Assembly (NCBI GenBank): GCA_011109175.1
Contig: RDEW01000052.1
Coordinates: 186,001-250,000, forward strand
Origin: Dicyema japonicum
Taxonomy: Eukaryota > Animalia > Dicyemida
Reading direction: 5' to 3'
DNA length: 64,000 nt
Positions 52,011-64,000 of this stretch are shown here, in pieces. The position numbers were made by a program, and so were the translations under genes. Every line of letters starts with the position of its first letter. Within the stretch, counting starts at the first letter, position 1. The notes under the pieces are model-generated. The model was not told the origin of the DNA and made no database searches. It saw only the letters and a list, made by a program, of their open reading frames with translations.

Positions 52011-54499
52011 GTTAGTTTTTGCGTTTAAATAAAATTTGGAAAGCAGCCATTTTTCTTCTCAACCTTGCTGAATGGTGCGCCAACAGTAAAAAAATCTACA
52101 AAAAAACTTTCTTTGAATGGGGACAAATTATAGAAAAACAGAAGCATTACGCCGAATCATTTGTTTGTTTCATTTTCTATTAGATGTCATAAATCATTGG
52201 CCCACAAGCTGACAATCTAGTCTGTCAGATCGACTCAATGATCTAAAGGGTCAACGCGGATCCAGGATAGACTGGATGACTTGAAGAAAGTATAAATAGT
52301 TATCGTCAGAAAAAACAATAAGACCAGTAGAGCTCCCTCACTATTAACATTTTTTTTGATTAGTTAATTAATTTAATGAAAATTCAATAATTCAAATTTT
52401 TAGATCTCTGCGCACGTACGATAAGAACATAGACACGTCAAATTTTGACTAATTTAAATTAATTTAATACTTATTTCAGTCTGATTTATCCGCGTGGCGC
52501 CATGTGGTGCTGCGTGGTTAATTGGTTTAAAATTTCTGCTTGCTTGTCTGTTCCTCCTCTCTCTTCCTAATAGAGTGGCGTCATGTGATCCACCTGTCTA
52601 GGTGACGCCCAGTGCCAGGCCGGCATGAAAAAGGATCATTTGCACTTCCCCACTCCACTGGAGGGGTTTCCACAACTGCATGTAATGGACGTCTTACCCT
52701 TTATGCTGATTCCGGATGGACTCTGTTTCTGTAATAGTGGAAACTGGATACACTTAATTAATTGTTTACTTTAACTTCTTTCTCGGTGTATCCGGGGTTA
52801 ATAAATAAATTTAAAAAAAAATAAATATTTATTAAAATAATTTTTCAATATGGCGAACCTATAATTAAATTTATATATTATTCGGCATGCGTTGCCACTT
52901 TCTTGTGGTCGGCTGTTTGTATTTATTTTGTTGCATATTTTGTATTTTTCTGCTGTTTTGTCACACATTATATTATAGGATTTATCAAATAGTGTTGAAG
53001 GCTGCTATCAAAGTGTTTTCGATAAATATTTTGCTAATTCATTGTTTGCTTATCTTCTACACTATTCTGACTAATCAATATATTCAAGATATATCAATGT
53101 CATTCAATATTGAGTTTTTCTATATGCGAATTTATTACATTTATTCACTATTTCATTCAATTTTTTTATTTTGACATCTCAAGACCAAGTTGAAACCAAA
53201 CACGTGCTCTAGATGAGTTCCATCAGAGTATTTGTCTTCATCCTGTCTACTATCCGGACCGATATTTAATACATTCTCTGCAGTTTATAAAATCTGAACT
53301 TCCTTTTTGACATTTCCTCAATGCTTCTCATATTCGTCTAAATAAATGATATGAAAATTCAAATGACCACGATAACTCAAACTAACTTCTCAAGTGACAA
53401 GCTCGAATTAAGACTTTTGACTGGGGTCCACAAAAAACCTCAATCATCATGCCTTTGTTTCCTTTAACTGTTGAAGACTCACACGTGTCTTCGATCCAAC
53501 TGTTGAAGACTTCTTTAAAATTTTGTGGCAACAATAAACAAAGATGCTTTTATGTCTTAAATGAACAAAAAAAGACTTTTTTAAGTTTTAATAAAATAAA
53601 ATTATATTTGCTTTAATAATACTTGCTTTGTACTTTTATATTGACGAACTTAGAAAAAATCATGTTATTCCTTTTATAGTTTCTCTTCCCAAGCGAGAAA
53701 AGACTAAATTTTAAACTAGTACGAAAAAGTCTGTTGGCGATGCTATTTCAGTTAAAGTTTAATATTTGATGGACACTTTTCTTTTTATTTGTCATCATTA
53801 AGAATCGTTTGCTTTTACTATCTTATATAGATGCGACAATCTCTCAGGAAAAGAAAATTAAGAACAAACGACTCCCTTTCACGTTTGTTTTCGGATGTAT
53901 CCAGCGCGAAGTTAAACGAGGACCAAGAAAAACTAATGTGAAGAAAATATTGGTGACTTTCCCAATGATTTGCCATCGTATGTCAAATTATCGTGTAATG
54001 ACTTGTTCATGAAAGAATCGTTGTAGAACGATCTGCACTGTAGCCATGTTGAAATTCAGGCAGTGGTAGAACAAGGGAGATTAACATTAATACAAGCTTC
54101 TCCATCACTCTTGTTCTTGAAGTTTTAAATAAATAAATCTCAGCTTAAACGGAACTCACGTAATTTAAGATGTGAAGAACATTTATACTGTATAATTCAA
54201 GGCATCGAAAATGTTCTTAAGTAATTTTCTTTTTGCTTAAGTATAAATATTTAGAGATTTCGTTACTGAGCGATTAGTAACTAATTACGTAGTTAATCGA
54301 TTCCAAGCAGCAACTTAGATATTTTGAATCTTCGACCGAAATAAAGAAGAGCGAGATTCTAACTTGGGACCATCTGAATTCGGTCAGGCACTCACTAACT
54401 GATTCAACAATTGAAACGTGTAATTTTTAATATTTTATTTAATTTTAAATTTATAATGCGATTAAAATCAAATAAAATCACAACAAATATAAAAAATAA

Positions 54500-55360
54500 A
54501 TGTGTCATTTAGGTTTCCTTAATGTTGAACTAATTTTAGTTTTTTTATTATTTTTTATCACGTTGGCCATGCAATGTGGAAAAGATAATGGAAGCTCAAT
54601 TCAACTTCTAAAAAATGGATTTCTTACGAGGATTGCCTTTCTCAATAATAATGTAACAGCATCCTCAGTGGTATAATATCTATCATTGTTTTGGAGGTTA
54701 ATTTTATTATTTATTAGAAATCAATTTTTACACTGACAAAAAATAGATTTGTCGTTTATAAACAGCCGAACGATTATGTAGCGACTTTGTCAGAGGATAT
54801 ATACAAGCTTACGTTTATTTATGCCCAGGTGGATGAATCGGTTAAAATAACACAAATTTCAGTTTCAGTTAATTATACCGGTAAATATGTGATCTATATA
54901 GATTTGAAAAAGAATTCAACTATGAACCAGAAATTTGGCATAAAATTGGTGAATATTTCAGTTGTTACAAAATCAGGCTTAAAAAAAGCAATGTGGTGTT
55001 ACTTATGTTCAATCTAAAGTTACAGTTATTCAGAAATGACAAAATCTTAGATTTAATTGGGTCAGGTTAGTTCGTTGAATAATGATTAGCAAATGAATGC
55101 AAATCGAACATACAAAAAACGTCTATAATGTCGACCATAGGTCGTATAGTGAATGGCAAAAATTATTCATCGGAGAGTCAAAAAAAGAGGGTAAACATGT
55201 CGACAATCGGTCGGATATCGAATGGAGCAAAATATAAATCATAAAGTTTTTCTAGTGCCAACAGACCGATGATTTTAGGCTGCGTAATTTCAGCATTTTT
55301 GTCATTTCGTTAATTGCATATTTTAAAGTGAAACGAATAGAGAGAGAGATCACTACTTAA
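54500..55360 (+). pseudogene. Putative secreted or TM glycoprotein; copy C
   Basis: Near-identical to 22680-23542. Confidence 0.48.
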
Positions 55361-58300
55361 TTTCAATTCCCTTAAATTAATAATAAATTTATTTAATTTT
55401 TTATGTCAAATATTAAGACAATCTGTCTTTAACGTGTGAACACAGAGGATCAACTTTATCTCACATTCAGATGACAGTGAGGGTTTGAAGAGGTTGATTT
55501 CTTCCCTTTCATATGTGCCTGATTCTATCCCTGGTATCTTACTATAAAACTTTGGACATTGCGATTAATTCAATTACAAGTTATTTTTCAATAATTCAAT
55601 AAAAATGAAACTGGCCTATATACGGCCAATCTATAAGACGGAGAAGCCTAAGGACAAACCTGCTTTTTTTCGACCAATCTTTTTACTATACATTTTATCA
55701 AAATATTGGAAAATTGATTCTTAATCTAATGATCTTGTCCTTTCATTTTTCATCAACACAAAATGAATTCAGAATGAGTTATTCCACTTCTACTAACGTC
55801 CTTAACCAATTTATCTGAAGGTATTAACAAAAATCTTCGCCACCTCAAAACAGTCGTTTGCTCAATCAATTTACAAAAGGCGATCGACACTGTCTCAAGG
55901 AAAATCCTAACCCGGAAATTGTTTGGCCTCTCAGTCAACCCCAATATAAAACTTTGGCTTGCTAACTTCATCAATTGGAAGAACGGCCAGTATACATGTA
56001 TGAGACCAAATCAGTTTCAAAATTACTACCCAATGGTGTCCCACAAAGTTCTCCTTTGTCACCCCCCTTAATAAACTTATGTCTGGTATACCACAACCAG
56101 GTAAAAAGACGATTTCCTCCTATAATATGCTGATGCCTTATTATTGATCCTCCGATTGAGATCTCTTAAGGGCATCATAAAGAGTACAATAATATTTTCA
56201 CAATATTAGAATTTGGCTAAATTATAATCGTCTTAAAAGATTTACTGAAAATCTTCAAATTCCTTAATTACCTCAGACAAACGATTTGGACAAATGACAG
56301 TGGAATATTTATCAACTAGACAAAAATAACTTTCATTAGGAAACTAAAAATCTTGGTGATCACCTTCGACACACATGTCCTAATCATATATCAGCGATGC
56401 ATTTGCGTCATTGAAAATCAATTTGTCCTGGACGGACAAACAAAGTATTCGCGACATTCAGCCCTTAACAGCCACTATTATTAGTAATCTTGGAAAACTA
56501 AGAGACTAATACCCTCATCACTTGAAGACCTTATCTGACAACAGAAAAACAATTACTACCTTATGCAGACAGTGCAACTCTGAACAATACACATCAATGA
56601 CGTGTCTTAAGAGAAAAATATGCATCACCCCTATCCAATAGATTCCATAGCTTCTGGTCATTAGATAATTCAAGTATAAATAATTATTCTGCCCATGAGA
56701 ATTACGGCTTCTTTTAATTCTGAATGGACATTCAATTATTCTAAAATTAATTACTACGATCATACTTAGGAAAATGAATGTTTGCGCATTCGAGGCAACT
56801 ACTCTACTAGCTCATTCTCCAAGTGTCAAACAACTGTTTATAATTTTATGTAATCAAGGTAAAAAAATCCCTTAATGCATCCAGTAATAAATCTCAATGG
56901 TCTGTGTCAAATCCTTCGTAGTTCGGTTTCTTGAATCATATCCACGTTGATTTCGTGACATACCAAAAATGATCGAATTTTTTTCCAGGAAAAAAATGGA
57001 CCCTATATGGCGAATGCATGGCTCAATGTATTGTTTTTATATAGTTTTCAAAATAGAGTGATTTCCAATTTTCTATAACCCAAAGAGACATTTCAACACG
57101 TTAGTATTCTCTTCATATTTTGTTACTACTTTACCAAAATGGCGCAAGAGTTAGATGTGCATGTCAAAAATTACCCCAGGATTTTAAGATCATTTAAACA
57201 GGATAACACTATTGCTTGTTTTTGAATCTAACTCTCTGTCGACAAGCAGTTCTTCAACAACCATTCGTTAAGACAGTACAGGTTTTCGTTGTAATCGTTA
57301 AGCAACAGTCAGCCTGTATGTCACTGAAACTATGACGATGTCGTCATAAGTAATAAGAATATCATTTTCGACATCCGGTGTGGGAATATCGGGCATGATT
57401 ACTTTAATTAAAAAAGCAAAGGGGAATATTGGAACACCATTCGGAAGAAATCACAATATAGATTTTAATTTTCCAATTCAGGTACATTCTCTGTCGACCA
57501 CTAAAGAGGTTAGCTAAAGCTTAAGTTTTCTGAAATTCTTGTCTGGAATATTGTACAAGAAACCCCTTATACAGTGAGTCGAAATCTTTGTGGAAGTCAA
57601 TTGAGAAAAGTATGTTTTTCAGATGTTCATTCCTGTGTGAAAAACCATAATGTATACGTTATTCAAGAATGATAGATGGGTTAAGTAGACCTATCCTCTT
57701 TGAATCCATGCTCTCTTAAGATTTATTTCTTACCTTTGTAGCAGTTTTGACAAAAGCAATTAGATTCTCAAAAACTTTAGATTCATATTACACTAGAGGA
57801 GTTCCGTAATGGCCAATGTGATGGAATTTTCGCTCGGAAAAGATGTGTCTTATGACAGTTCGATGTCCCATGGCTCCGTTTCTTTATCCATTCTCGTAAG
57901 GAGTAAGACATTGCCATTTATCAGTTATGAAGCTATTATACATTCTGTGCATTCAAGTTGCGTCACCATCTCACCTTTTGTATCGTTCCCATCGCATGTG
58001 CCACCCTCCGGATGATCCGCTCTGTTACACTTCTCCATGCTCTCGAGATTGCGATTTTTCGGAAGATGTCTAGTTAATCTGCTTCTTCTAATGGGATTTT
58101 CACATATTTTAGATCTATCCCATTGTTCGTGGCTTCCCCTAAAAGAGAGAGAATATGATTCCATAATACCGTAAGCAGGAACGGCATGATTAATATGTGC
58201 CGAAATAGTCTCTATCGGGTCTTAGTAATAATTTTATATCCAAGTAATTCGATTTACAAACTCTGGTCTTTGTTTTTGATAAATAGATTTCTCCAGGGTG

Positions 58301-61300
58301 TGTTTTACAAAAACATCCAATTGGGGACGTCAGTCAGTCAATAACTTGAAATATTATAGTTAATTTTTTAAAAATTACTAAATTAAATTAAAATGAAACA
58401 TTTAGAAAAATAATTTCTACTAAATAATTAATAATTCTATAATAACTAAGATTATTTTTAAGGATTTAAATTAAATCATTTTTATTGAAATTTAATTTTT
58501 AGGTGGTAGTTCATTTTTTGGCTGAGCTGGTGACGTAACTAATAAAAATATGTATGTAAAACCCAAAAAGCGATTTGCAACTAGCATTACTGTCCTTACG
58601 TACAATTTTAGATGACTATTAAAAAGTTTGGTAAATTAAAACTCTGTGTAAAGAATTAAAGAAATATAAAGTCGAGATCGGATACATTCCTAGTATTTAG
58701 GAGATCTGAATGTTAAAGTCGCACTCGGATTGCGTGGAGGAAACTTTCATAAGAAGGAAGGTACGGTAAAAAAAAACATACCAAAAACCTTAATTGCTAA
58801 ATTCTTCAAGGCAAATGATTTATTCATCTATAACATTGCCTGATGCACCAAGTGGACTACTTGCGACTAGAGCAAATGGAAGAGGAAACACTGCTGTAAG
58901 TTTCTCTATTTACACGTGCCTTTAATGACCGTGACAAAGCGAAAGTTTATTAATAATCTGGTTTACCGACTATATTGCTTGACTTGTTTCAAAACTTAGA
59001 ACTAATAATTGACCTTACAATCTTATTACTGGGGACTGACTAAGCTAAAAGACGTTGGTGGTAGCCTACTTGCTCCTATACAGAAAGGCCTACATGTGTA
59101 GAAATATCATTAAGAACATTTTTAGGTGTCCGCAATATTGTAAGAAATTATTGGATATTTAATTGAAACCCAAAAGTTAAAAATATTTATCGTAACACAC
59201 GTGCCTGTAAATATTCTTTATAATTGTTAACCTATATAACATTAGATTTTTTTGATTTTCAAAATTCCTGTTCTGAAATGATGAATCACCGTGGACCCTT
59301 CATTCGAAATTAACAGCAGAGAGACTCAAACCTGGAACCTCATGGATTTTTGTCCGGAACTTATCAAACAGCGCTATGCTTTAGAGTTGCTGATAATAAT
59401 AATAACTACACGAGAGATCACGATCACACAAACTAACTAATCACGTTATCCCAGCACGCTCTAGCAGGGACATCATTTTGGCCCGATGCTCCTTCCTCGT
59501 CCCCGCACAAGCACGTATCGGTCGAGTGACTAGACCTACGCAGTCACGACGTCACGATCCGTAGTTCACTCTTATCAAAGGTTCAAGAAACATTGGTGGC
59601 TGGGGTTCTCCAGAAATCTAGCGTTCCGTGACTTTGGAGAATCTTCAATACATTCGTCCAAGAGATGAGTAAACTCCATATAGCGCATTTGGCAAAAATG
59701 TTGAAAGGAAAAAAGGAGAAAAAGTAAACTTGCGTTACCTGATGGTATGAATGCAATTTGCCATATCCGAGAGCGTTGTGGCAGATGACCCAAAAGAATG
59801 GGCGAGGCAGGTAGTCCTGCAGGTACGTAGCAGGCTATCTCGAATACCTTGAAATGGTTGGCCATACTTGGCGGAGCTCTGCAGTGAAGATTCAGTACTG
59901 CTATATCTGTGAGTGAACTCAAGAAAAATGGCTGTAGGCAAAAAGGGTACTGGTCTAAAGGGCAGGGACCAGTGACCACAACTGTCAAAGAGAGCACCAG
60001 AGCTGTGATACGTTGCAACTCAAGCATGTTTATGAGGTCTTCGCGCAGAATCTCGCTGCAGCGGCACATGTCCCACTTGAGGACCGTAGATTTACCCGCA
60101 AATCCCTCATTGTAAGTTAACGGAGTAGTGTTAACCTGTATCAATAAGGCTGTCGCTTATCAGATGGAGGCTAAGCCAGTAGGGTCACTGGGTGACATCT
60201 CCCTAGTGCTGTATGCAGGACAGATCATCTATGAGGAATTGACTGACAAGCCCAGACCACTCAGTAAATGAGGGAGCAGATCTGTGCCAAAATTGCTTGG
60301 AGACAGACTGAGCTGGAAGCACTGGTGGAGCACATAAGTAGTGTGGCGAGAGGGTTAGAGGAAAAACACCGCCTATAGTAAAGGGGCTAATTAGTAAACT
60401 CCGTGTTCCAAAATGGGACCACAAAAAGTTGAGGAGGACAAAGGTGGTAATTGCGGTTTTGGGCCTAAAGCAAGCACTTTTAATGATTGCTTTCGAGTAT
60501 CGAATTTTTAGAATTTAACCAAACATTCCCATATTTTTTTGAGGTACGCACTTGCACATTTGTTACCCTTTACGACAGCATTTACGTCTGGACCTCAGGT
60601 TTTCCAGGGACCAGATAATAAGACTTTTAGTTTTAGCAATTTTTGATGGATATTAAGCATATCTTGTGGTGTGAACTTTAATGATAATTTCCGGAACTAT
60701 AAACTTTAATCATTTCTAAGGATTAATTAAAGATCCCAGAGAGACATAGGGACAACTATTGACAAGCCTCGTGTTTAAAATTAAAAAATTATTTTTTTAT
60801 ATATGTTTAATCACTTTTCTTTTACAAATACACTATAAATTATTTATTTTAATTATCCTGAGCTCTTTCATGCTCTAATTGTCTGTTATTATTGGTTCTA
60901 ATCAAATTATAAGTGTCTCTCAAAAAAAAATGTAAAAGCACGTGATCAAAAAGTATTTCAAAAGTGAAAAATATTATGTCACGGACGTACGTGGTATCGG
61001 CCCACACATGGTTAATGATCTTAATCAGTTAAAAAATAATTATTATATTTTTGTTCGTTATTAGATTAGGATTACAAATATATATTTTTTAATTTAAAAT
61101 AATCACTTTTTTAATTTTTTGGAAAAATAAAATTGAAAAATGTGTACAGTATTAAAATACTTAGTTTTTCATTTATAAATTGTTTCTTAATAATAAATTA
61201 ATTTAAATTATTTAAAATTATTCCCCCATAAATGGGACAAGACAGAGCTAAGATTGTGAAGATTACTTTGTTTGTTAAGATGGTTATTATCTAAATAAGT

Positions 61301-62899
61301 AATCAAATTGAGATTTTTTTAAAAAAGTTTCCGAATCCATCGATTTAAAGTTTGGTTATTAATTCCATTTGACCCAGGCACTTTTGATCTCGGACGACTA
61401 ATTTCAGTAGAACATTAAACTCTCTTCATAGGAAATTTATACAATCATTTTTAAATCTGGAAACGATTATAGTTGCCTTTATGGAAACAAGAGTTTGTTA
61501 GAAGAACGTGTCTCGATAATTTGTTCAGAAGTCCTAGTTAAGCAAATTGTAAGTGCTTTTAAGAAATAACTAACTTTCCAAAAAATTTATAAGTAGTAGA
61601 AGATCGTCAGTAACTCAATTCCCATCTACCTATTTAATCGGTTCCAACTTAAAAAGGAAACGGTAACTCCATGACCGAAATTCCATACTAAGAAACGATT
61701 AGTCACTGGCAAAAAGTTTCGGCATGGATTTCAGTTTTTGGACAATATCCATAGATCACTACTTGGATAATTGTTCACTTTGAGCCTTCAAAAGCAACCA
61801 ATTAGTCTTAGTTTAACTCTGATTTAACGAATAATTTTATCAATTTATTTATTAATTGATCTTTGTTTATTAGTAAAATTATTAATTAACGGATCACTAA
61901 TCTGTGAGATTTACAATCAGAATAACAGATTTTTATGTCTCTTTAATTTTGAAGGTTTGATGGAGTTGTTTTCCAATATATTGAGCATTTTCGTAATCAT
62001 CATTATTGGAAATGTCTTGTAAATCTAAATTTGACATGAGAATTAGACCAAAAACGTTAATTAGAATCCGACACGAAACACGCCCACAATAATTTATTAT
62101 GAAAAAATAATAATCAAATTTTAATAAACATTATTTTATTTTTAAATTTAAAATAAACGGCACGTAATGGATTTTAGTCAGGACATCTTGAGAACGCTGT
62201 TTTATAATCAAACTACATTTTCCAGCCTTAAAATGACTAAAAAAAGTTTTTTTCCGTACTTATTTTTTGGTAGATATACTCTCTCCTTAAAAGCTGGGCT
62301 GTTATAATTTTTTACTTCATCATAACTTTCCGACTTGCACGAAGTCTTAATCAAATATGAGGCTATAGAGGATTCTAACGTTCAATCATTTAATGTCAGA
62401 GGATTGAAACATAATCTAACCACTATTGAAAGTTGGATTTTTTTCTCTTAATTAGAATATTTGAAATTTGTTTGTTTCTGTGATAATAATACTGGACTTT
62501 AAGTATAACATATTACCTACGGGTCCACCCAGTCAAGGCACACATTTTATATAATAAAGGACAGTTATGATGATTAATCGTAGAGGGAGAAACAAGAATG
62601 CCCTTCACTTCTTTTTCTTTTTGTTGATGAATCTTTATGGTCGATACAGTTCCGTAGTGAAATGTCACTGAGGACAGTATCACTTGTCAAGCCATAATAT
62701 TTCCTGTGGTAGTGCTAATAATATCTGTAGCTATCAGACAACTTGGCAATATTTCTACGCGATAACTAGGGCAACCACCAGTATGACCTAAATATGATTG
62801 AAATATTACCTTAAAAATATAACTTTTAAGACCTTAAAAATTAAATATGAATTAATTTTGTGCAGTAATGTTTTTAACTTAATTTTATTAAAATTTATT

Positions 62900-63200
62900 G
62901 AAATGAACTTTCGGTGCTCTATGAATGCCAAGTGAAGATTATTCAGTGGATTTGACATGGGATGGAGTAGTCTCAAGATGCTTCAAAAATCATATGGATA
63001 AATTATCTATTTAAGAATCAACGAGACTTACATCTGTTCTGTTCTGAAGAGAACGGTCGAAAGTATGCTCATTGAACATAAGCATGGGATGAAGGTATAC
63101 GATGAAGAGTATGCCTCTGCTACCTCTCAACTTGTGCAACTGGCATGCCGTGAGGACAGCCCTCTGGACTCTGACGGAGATATTTTGACTGATCTGATGT
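62900..63200 (+). mobile_element. R4-like retrotransposon extreme C-terminus, decayed
   Basis: LYECQVKII, TWDGVVSRCFKNHMDKLSI and LKRTVESMLIEHKHG. Confidence 0.75.
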
Positions 63201-64000
63201 GGAGATGGAGAGTAACAGGGAGTTTATGACAGACTCTTCTTTTAAGAGAAGAGGGATTACCAACAATCTGGATCAAAATCCGCCTAATTAGTTAACTTAC
63301 TCGTTATAAAAAATATAAAATTTATTATTTGAAATTAAGCATCAAAAAACTTTTAACGTGTTCACCATTAAAGTTTCTATCCCTTTCGAGCATTTTATTT
63401 AACATGGAAAAAATTAATAAAAGTAACTCATAAAAGCGTAAGTTACAGAGATCTGCGAGGTGCTACAGCGATAAATATACACGATGTCGAGTCTTTCTAT
63501 TGATCTTTACCAAAGTTAGATGGAAACTCGAGTTATACAAGAAATATTAACAAACTAATAATAACTTCTTTTCCCTCCAATTGTCTTATGATTGATCGAG
63601 TATTTCTTTCATCATTTGTATACGCGTGGTTCTATCAGCCATCTCACTGTCGGCTGTCTCAACTCTTTCTGGTATCACTGATCCGCTATCAATGATATAA
63701 TATCACGTGGTTTTTAACTAATGAACGTACTAACCATTACGGATATATTGCCTAGCCTTGGCTCACTTCATGAAGCTATCTCCGCTTGCAGGGTCTCAGA
63801 GCTGTGCAGTGATTGCGTTTCAGATATCAGCATTTAGCCAAAGTCGCACGTATCAAGAAGGTTCAATGTTAATTAAGACGAATCGAAATCAATCTCTAAG
63901 AGCTAAGATTTCTTAGTTTCTTCAGTAAGTCAATATTTGGATGCTCTTGTTGGTAGATGATGCTGATGAAGCAAGCGTATATTAAGATGTATCTATTCTG

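Larger units (their letters stand above)
46293..61898. repeat. Segmental tandem duplication, copy C (truncated)
   Basis: Colinear with A/B until ATTAATTAACGGATCACT at ~61898, then unrelated sequence. Confidence 0.93.

Noticed and set aside
52030-52300. Possible DNA transposase fragment
   Set aside because: No catalytic motif I can identify with confidence.
52480-52530. Second Pol III A-box-like GC patch
   Set aside because: Poor A-box match, no B box, tail or TSD.

Overview
AT-rich eukaryotic DNA with no operons, rRNA, functional tRNA or CRISPR. It is most likely from a large-genome microsporidian; this is inferred from RLE-type retrotransposon motifs (QGAKEQ, DVKKAYDSVDH, GNxxPRSEG..DRN, DHLATR, TWDGVV) that I know mainly from microsporidia. 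About 62 kb consists of three head-to-tail diverged copies of one block: A 1-17630, B 17631-46292 and C 46293-~61898 (truncated). The block is mostly decayed mobile elements: an integrase-type transposase and fragments of I/Jockey, CR1/L2, RTE, CRE and R4-like non-LTR elements. It carries two candidate host genes. One is a signal-peptide plus C-terminal-TM protein. The other is a ~2.35 kb minus-strand gene whose product starts with an exact BC-box match (SLYALCINNI) followed by LRR-like repeats. That gene has one internally deleted copy in A, three tandem copies in B (period ~3.43 kb, patchy paralog mosaicism) and none in C. Copy-specific events include a tRNA-derived SINE (one full copy nested in a CRE element, one truncated copy), an RTE insertion, microhomology-bounded deletions and a 30-bp templated insertion at a deletion junction. 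Many frameshifts sit in homopolymers and may be long-read errors. TE boundaries are approximate and come from manual translation and alignment.
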